A stretch of DNA of 62,142 bases, the filler included, from Asterionella formosa (Eukaryota): the NCBI GenBank assembly GCA_002256025.1. It is 18 parts of 18 records of this genome, joined end to end, with 100 filler letters (N's around TTAATTAATTAA, not from the genome) between each part and the next. Parts side by side here need not be neighbours in the genome. Positions count along the whole stretch, not along the records: positions 55,351 to 58,697 come from NKIB01014219.1; positions 58,798 to 62,142 come from NKIB01014220.1; 16 more parts are not named here. One strand, given 5' to 3'. The stretch's first letter is position 1, and each line of letters starts with the position of its first letter. The notes under the pieces are model-generated. The model saw only the letters and a program-made list of their open reading frames with translations. It did no database searches and had not been told where the DNA came from. A program made the translations under genes and the position numbers. Positions 55,587-62,142 of the stretch are shown piece by piece.

Positions 55587-58500
55587 TGAAAAAGAGTAAT
55601 CAAGTGTTATAGCCGATTAATCATGCTTATTTTCATGCATGACATTGACTTCACTAATTTCGTCGGAGGCATGTTTCTTTTTGATCAATTCCAAAAATTG
55701 ATCATTCACTTTGCTAACCAAGTGACTAGATGTTAAATCATCAACATGCCAAGTAACTGTGTGCTGTTTTCTATTAACAGTGCGATTTGCATTGCATGGA
55801 TCATAAGGATTGACCTTGAATCTAATTGACTCAATATCCTTCCGAAATTTCTTGTAATGACTGCAACATACCATATAGTTAGTGCCTTGGTGATTATCCT
55901 ACTAACATATAGGATCTTGCTGTTTCCTTCATGAAGTACATCTTCTTCGTAAGTCTCGGGGCTGAGTTCTATCAACGTATTGACAAGTAAACCTCAAATC
56001 TTCATGATGATTCTTTACCCTTCGTCCCTGCCGATATCCACTTGCAAAAATGCATTGGGTATATCTGCCATCATGACATGGCGTCTTTGTTTTGCGTCAA
56101 TTGTTGCTTTTATCATAAAAGATTCATTCATGATGGCGGTTAGACTAGCTGCCTTGCCACTTTTCATATATTCTCGTTGAGAACATCCATTGGCACAAGC
56201 TCTGCTTTTAATACTCTTTTCAACCAAGCGAATTGAACTTCCCATTGTGCGTCGCTTTTCAAGAATGGTTAGTTCTTCAACCCTAATTGGTTCAAATACA
56301 ACTCTTTTGTGTAGTTGTTTCATTTCCTTATCTGCAGCATCCCTTTCATGCAGACCAAATGTTTTGAGACTTTTTGTTAAGCTGTATGATTGAACAAAGT
56401 GAAATTTTTCTTTGTGGCAAGACATCGTATTAATATAGCACATTGTCATTGCAATCACTTTTGCAATTTGCATATTCTTATTTAATGTGTGCTTGAGTAT
56501 GCAAATGATGTTGGGCCATAGTCAGTTTTGTTGGCGGCCTTGAGACCCTTTCAGACCTTTTAATTCTTTTGTTTGTATCTCTGTCAACCTCAGTGCTTGG
56601 ATTGACTTCCTCTTCTATCATTGCTACTATTTCTTCAGTTTCATTATAGATTCATCGTCATCATCTTGTATTTCATCAGCATTCATTTCCACATTATCAT
56701 TGTTGTCACCCTCAGGTTTGGGGTCATCCTTTTGGATATTAACTTGTTTGGAATCTTCTGCTTCGCATATTTCATCCGGAGCCATCTCATCATATTCTCC
56801 TTCGAGCAGTTTGTCATTACTATTGTCATCACTAACTTGGTGTTGTTGATCGTTGTAATCTTTTTTTGTTCATCTTCAAATATTTTATTGTCATAATCTA
56901 CTCCTGTAATCCAAGCACTATCATAATATCGTTGTTCCATTCGATTAAATAGTATCTTGAGACCATCTGGCATTTTTTCCTGCTCAGCAAATGTGTGCAC
57001 TTGATTAATAATTGCCAGAGTAAGTGGTATGGGAGTAACTATGTGTCTAGTGATAAGCAAATTGGTTGGGAGGTGTAGTAACTTATGACCTCCTTGCACA
57101 TTGTCATTGTAGCATAGATAAATGAAATCTAGGCTGATTGGTGCATTGGTTTTTGAAAACACAGGTTCTTCATGTGCTTAGACATACAAGCCAAATGAAT
57201 ATTGGCAATGCCAAGCATAGTCCAGGTTTTGTTGTCTGTAATGAGGAGAAATCCCATTTTTCGCTGGAAAGAAATTCAGTTTCTTTGCAGATTCAGTGAC
57301 TAAAATCTTAATCATTAGCCGTAGCCGCAGCAAATGCTTTTTACTAGGTAATCGGTCATAGCTTGCGTGTGCGCGTTCTTTGATAAAATGATTGTATCAT
57401 TCTGCTTCAGGAAAATTTTCTTGTGTGTTTCCATAATTTGTATTGAATTGAAATTCATTGGCAAGTGATTCCCCCATCAAAGGAAGAAACTCGCTTTCCC
57501 AGTGGATCCTTTTTTAATTTTAATCCTCCAGTGTTGTAAACACAGAATACCTGAGTCAAAGCATTTCAATAGGCACCTGCTGTCTGACTCTTGACCCAGC
57601 ATTGCACTATGTTGATTGCCCATTCCTCTTTTGTGTTTATTTTTCTCGCAACATGACGGTGATTTGTGTCCTGCTCCTCCACATCAGTTACATTTTCCTT
57701 CTAGTTGTGCAAACGACAAGTTCACATCTTCTTCTTTTTTTCCTGCATCCTTTATTTCCCTCCCATTATTATGATCTCCTGGATTATTATGACAGCTGGT
57801 TTTAGTTGTTACATAGAACCTATGGTTTCTAAGAACATTGCTTGACTCAGTGATACTCTTTGTGTAGTGAACATTGCCAAGCGAATGTTGAGTATTGAGC
57901 CCGGTGAGAATTGATCCATATTTGGCCTTATCCGCATTGTCGATGTATAAGTAGACCTGGAATTTACTGAAAGCCTGTTCACGAAATTTATCTCATAGCT
58001 TGATATCCGTCTCATCATAGCCATCCTTGGCTTTGACAAACTTGGTTAGGATTATGGGTCCTCCAATATGTGACTTGAGCACATCTTGTGCCACATGAAA
58101 TCTCTTGGAATAATCTTTAGATTTTCTCCTTCCTTTTGCTTAATGGTTAAAAGCGTTCTCATTGCAACTAAAATGATCAATATTGAATATTTATTCTTCT
58201 GATGAATTATTGTGTTATTATTCAATTGTAATAAGAAATGTTAGCTATTCAGTTTTTCTCAATCTTAGTGTAATCCAATCTTGCTTCAATTTTTTCTTCA
58301 TGGCTTTGTTGCATCTTTCCCAGAACAATGGATATGCCTTGGTATTATTGTTTTCATAGGTCAGTACCCTTTTTCTATATGCATTGTTATTGGCCTTAAA
58401 CTTGATTTAAAATTGGCGATTCTCTACAGTGCATTCTTTGTCTGTTGGTGCAGAGCTTAGCCTCATTCTTGGCTTGCTTCCATGCCACTGTGTTCATTGG

Positions 58501-58697
58501 TTCAAACAACTTGAGCATGATTCCTATGTCATTGACATAATTGAATACTTTCTTGATGTAGTTGATCAGGTACTCTGTGGTAGTTTCATAAACAGATGCC
58601 TGCTTTGCTGATCTGAGGTAATAGTTGTAGTCATTGATAGACCTCATGTTGGTATGGGATGCATTATTGCTCCCTCCCGTGGCTTGTAACTTGCCCT
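55587..58697 (-). pseudogene. Highly degenerate Copia gag-pol
   Basis: gag DYNYYL.SAKQAS.YETTTEYLINYIKK; RT KSRACANG.SQR, MADIPNAFLQ, NPYDPC.AN, TVTWHVDDL. Many frameshifts and deletions. Confidence 0.85.
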
Positions 58698-59388
58698 NNN
58701 NNNNNNNNNNNNNNNNNNNNNNNNNNNNNNNNNNNNNNNNNTTAATTAATTAANNNNNNNNNNNNNNNNNNNNNNNNNNNNNNNNNNNNNNNNNNNNTTC
58801 TTCATCATTGTTATGATGATTTCATCCAACAACTCGAAACACAATGCTGGTCCTTGATCATACAAGGTGATGCAAATTGTCATTTATTATTTTGAACTGT
58901 CAGCATGTCCAATTGGAATTTGTCTTTCCACTTGAATTAATTAAGTCTTTGCCATGATGATAGAATTACATAGCAAATCAAAACCATATATATTTGCGCA
59001 TTTTGAACTATTTGGTGCAAAATAAATTGTTTTATTCAACTTTAAGAGGTATACCGGGTACCAGGTACTTCACTGAGATTATTGGTTATAGGATATGATT
59101 TGCTTTGGGACGAAATTTTCAAGGTAATACCGGCCTATTAAGCATCTTCGTCATCTTTGCTTTTGAAATCAATTCATTCTACCGGTACCAGGCATTGTGT
59201 TACCGGTAGTATCGTACATGCATATATTACGGAGATTTTTTCTACTTTACGCAATTTCTGTTAGTTACATTACTGACAGTTACTTTTATTGAGGTTGCAA
59301 CTGCCATTGACATTTCAATATCATCGTCATCAGTCCAACGCGGGAAGAATATAACAACAACAAACAAACTTGCAGCCGAATCCAAAGC

Positions 59389-61024
59389 ATGTGGGGCTAC
59401 TCGCAACACTCCGCTTCGCCTGCCAATACTGGCCCTGCGTCTCCTTCCGAGCAAGTACCGGGAGGCACGGACGATGTGCATTCTCTTATGCCTTCTGTCG
59501 AATCCATCTCACTCCGGATGCAGCACATGATTGATTTGCAATACGAGACCATAAGTTCAAGGAGCGTCGATACACAGGAGCCACCACTAGCAGTAGCAGC
59601 AGTGCGTAATATCACTTCATCACCACCGGACTACGATCCACCCATAACTGATTCTCCCGTTTTGAAAATAGCAAAAGCCGAGCAGAATGCATTTGCCAGA
59701 AATGGACGAAACATTTTGCCACCTGTTCGGAACTATCAAAGCATACCGTCGGATCCCGAAATGGGCAAGGGAAAGATCTTCTTTCCTTCGGATTATCCTA
59801 GACCAGCGACTCAAAATGAATTTAGTCATAACCTACAATCATCTCAGGATAATACTAGACGTAAAAATCAGCATTTCGGTGCCTCCGACCTTGAAAACGA
59901 CGATGAATTTGGAAATGCCCTTTTACATCATGCTCCTGTCAAGTCATCCTCCAGCTGCTGTTTATGGGCACCATTCTGCCAATTCTTCCGCTACGTTTAT
60001 GAAGCTGAAAATTTGCACCGAAGCTTTTGCTATAGTGCCATTGATGGCTTGTTGACTGGCGCTGGGATCATCGCCACCTTGTATGGCATGCACCTCTTGG
60101 AACCAAACTCTCCCATGGCTGTACAATTCTTGGCAATCATGATTTCATTTTGTGCGTGTACAACAGACGGTGTATGCATGGCGATCGGACACGTTTGGAG
60201 CACACAAGTGGTGTCGATGCAGTTGGCTGGAGACCGACGTGCCGAACGACTGGCCTTTGACACGGATCGTGCCCACGTCAAGGGTAAATTGGTGGATATG
60301 CTATTGACTCGGGGAATGCTAAAAATTGACGCCATGAGTATAGCTGACACGCTGGAAGGGTACCCCGATATATTTGTTAGTGCGCTGGTGGGGGAGGGAT
60401 ACAATATGTTTGTAGGCGGTGATGACAATGGCAATCTCAACAATGCTCCCAATGGATTTGGTGGAACGAATAGTGGTGGCGTTGACTATGGAGCGTTGGG
60501 ACAATTCAGGTCGTATGGACAATTCAATGAAATAGAACACGATCCAGAAGCAGCAGCCTTTACTGCGAGTACACAAGAAAGTCAGAAAGAAAGTATTGTC
60601 ATGTTTCTGGCATTTGCGTTGTTTGCTGCGGTGCCTGGGACTGCCTTTTTACTGATCGGAATGATGCTTGGGAACAACACTGAGGCAGTATCCGTTACAA
60701 GCATGTCCATCTTTTCGAATTCTATCATTATGCTATTGCTTGGAATCTGGAAAAGGTTAGTTCTTATGAGGCAGTCCATATATATCTGACATCAATGCGC
60801 GTATCCATGTTCCACTTACCCTAAAAATTCTGTAAACTACATACAGCAAATTTTATGATTCCAATTGGGTCATGTTTGGTATTGAGACAGTTGTTGTTTT
60901 GTTGATTTGTATCATGACAGCCTTCTTTCTTGGTGTTGCCTTGTCATCGTTGTTGCCAGAACAGGCACTACTAGCGTTAAAGGGTCTGACGCATGCCACC
61001 ACGGAGTCTCTTTACTATCCGTAG
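59389..61024 (+). CDS. VIT1/CCC1-family (vacuolar Fe/Mn transporter-like) protein (514 aa; exons 59389-60755, 60847-61024)
   Basis: RSFCYSAIDGLLT, DGVCMAIG, FALFAAVP, LLLGIWKSKF...WVMFGIET. The phase-2 91-nt intron GTTAGT...CAG adds the last TM helix. Confidence 0.8.
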
Positions 61025-61264
61025 CTGAGAAAGCGCTGCTATGGCCCGCTACACATTAAAGCCACGTTTCCAAGTCGAAAATAGTTTGGAATCCTTTTTC
61101 TTCTGTTCCAATACGAGTTGCTCTACAAGATTAATTTATATGTAGACAAACAGTACTGTGTCATTACTCTCCATTCTAGCACTAGCACCAATACGTGTTC
61201 GACCGAGAAAGTTGGGTGGTTCAAAACGTTTTTTTCTAAAATGCCAAGAATCTCTTGCTGTCAT

Positions 61265-62137
61265 CTACACTAGGCGTTCAAATGTTGTTCCATCCAAAAT
61301 CCCACCTCGCAACGTTCGTGCCACCAATCGTTCAAATTGTTTGACATCCTTTCTAAACAATTCTGCTGCCTCATGATTCAGTGGATCATCTGGATTTGGC
61401 TCATAAAACAAATAAATCAATCCATAAATCACAGCATTAATGTCCAAAACTGGTTTCCAATCTTCTCTCAATATATTCAAACATACTTTACCATCAAGAT
61501 TAATATTTGGATGATATATTTTGGTAACACATTCCACTTTCGGGGGTGAATGTGGGTAATGAGCAGGAATAGTAAATTGGAAATGATAAGTCGCTCCTCT
61601 CCAATAGCCAGTGTCAGGTGTGACGGACACTTTAAAAAATGTCAAGTCGTTGGGGTTGGGGAAGTCAATTTTGGCGACTTTGCCACCGTCGAGTTCTGCA
61701 ATGTCTATCAAATACAGAGCCAGCAATAATAACTTTTGAGTGTGAGAAACAGAACAAAACTAGAAAGAGGAGATTTTGACCATTTGCTCTACGTAGAAAA
61801 AGCGTAGGTTCCAGTATGTCTGATTCAATCCTGGGCTCCCATTGCAAAATGGTTGTCCCTCGCGAGCGTCACTGCCAATATGAGGGCTCGTTCCATCCAT
61901 CTCTTAATTTCTATTTCATAAATAAATAGAATGTGTATTGTACAGCGACGTACCCTTTTGAATTCTAATTTCTCCTGGAGTGCGTTTTTTGCCAGTCGAT
62001 TCCATTCCACTTTTCGTCTTCTTTTGTCCTCCAATTCCAAGCAGAGAAACCTTTCCTTCTGTATTCGCTGCTACTACTGGCTCTTCCAGCTTCTTGGCGG
62101 CTGCTTCAGCTTCACGTTTCTTCTTCAATGCGAGCAT
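61265..62137 (-). CDS. UBC12: NEDD8-conjugating enzyme Ubc12 (207 aa; exons 62137-61954, 61704-61265)
   Basis: MLALKKK N-terminal extension, GEIRIQKDIAELD across the splice, HPNINLDGKVCLNILREDWKPVL, EPNPDDPLNHEAA. 249-nt GT-AG intron. Confidence 0.93.
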
Positions 62138-62142
62138 TCCTC

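Noticed and set aside
3373..58797. Regularly spaced TTAATTAATTAA motif and apparent gene clustering across it
   Set aside because: It is an artificial six-frame-stop contig linker. The periodicity reflects size-sorted contigs, so no operon or synteny inference is valid across spacers.

Overview
Eukaryotic nuclear DNA, most likely from a diatom. This is inferred from a signal peptide with an ASAF-like plastid-targeting motif, diatom-type Copia gag and LRR membrane proteins, and short GT-AG introns. The window is not contiguous: 18 unrelated contigs of about 3.35 kb are joined by 17 artificial 100-nt spacers (N...TTAATTAATTAA...N), so adjacency across spacers means nothing. Most contigs are transposon debris: several Ty1/Copia pieces with LTRs, primer-binding sites (PBS) and polypurine tracts (PPT), a Ty3/Gypsy integrase, a PIF/Harbinger transposase pseudogene, several MITE-like families, and an intact-looking tyrosine-recombinase (DIRS/Ngaro-type) retrotransposon. 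Host genes are CstF-77, a UBL-PUB-STI1-UIM protein, a HAD nucleotidase, two LRR receptor-like genes, a cyclin Y-like gene, a VIT1/CCC1-like transporter, UBC12 and a P-type H+-ATPase tail. Strongest leads: (1) an in-frame TGA-CTAG readthrough junction upstream of pol in the YR retrotransposon; (2) recurrent short palindrome-forming insertions visible between repeat copies; (3) a dispersed, hairpin-rich element next to a tRNA-like Pol III unit; (4) a half-tRNA-Ile PBS that may carry an inosine-to-G imprint. All family assignments come from motif recognition by eye, not database searches.
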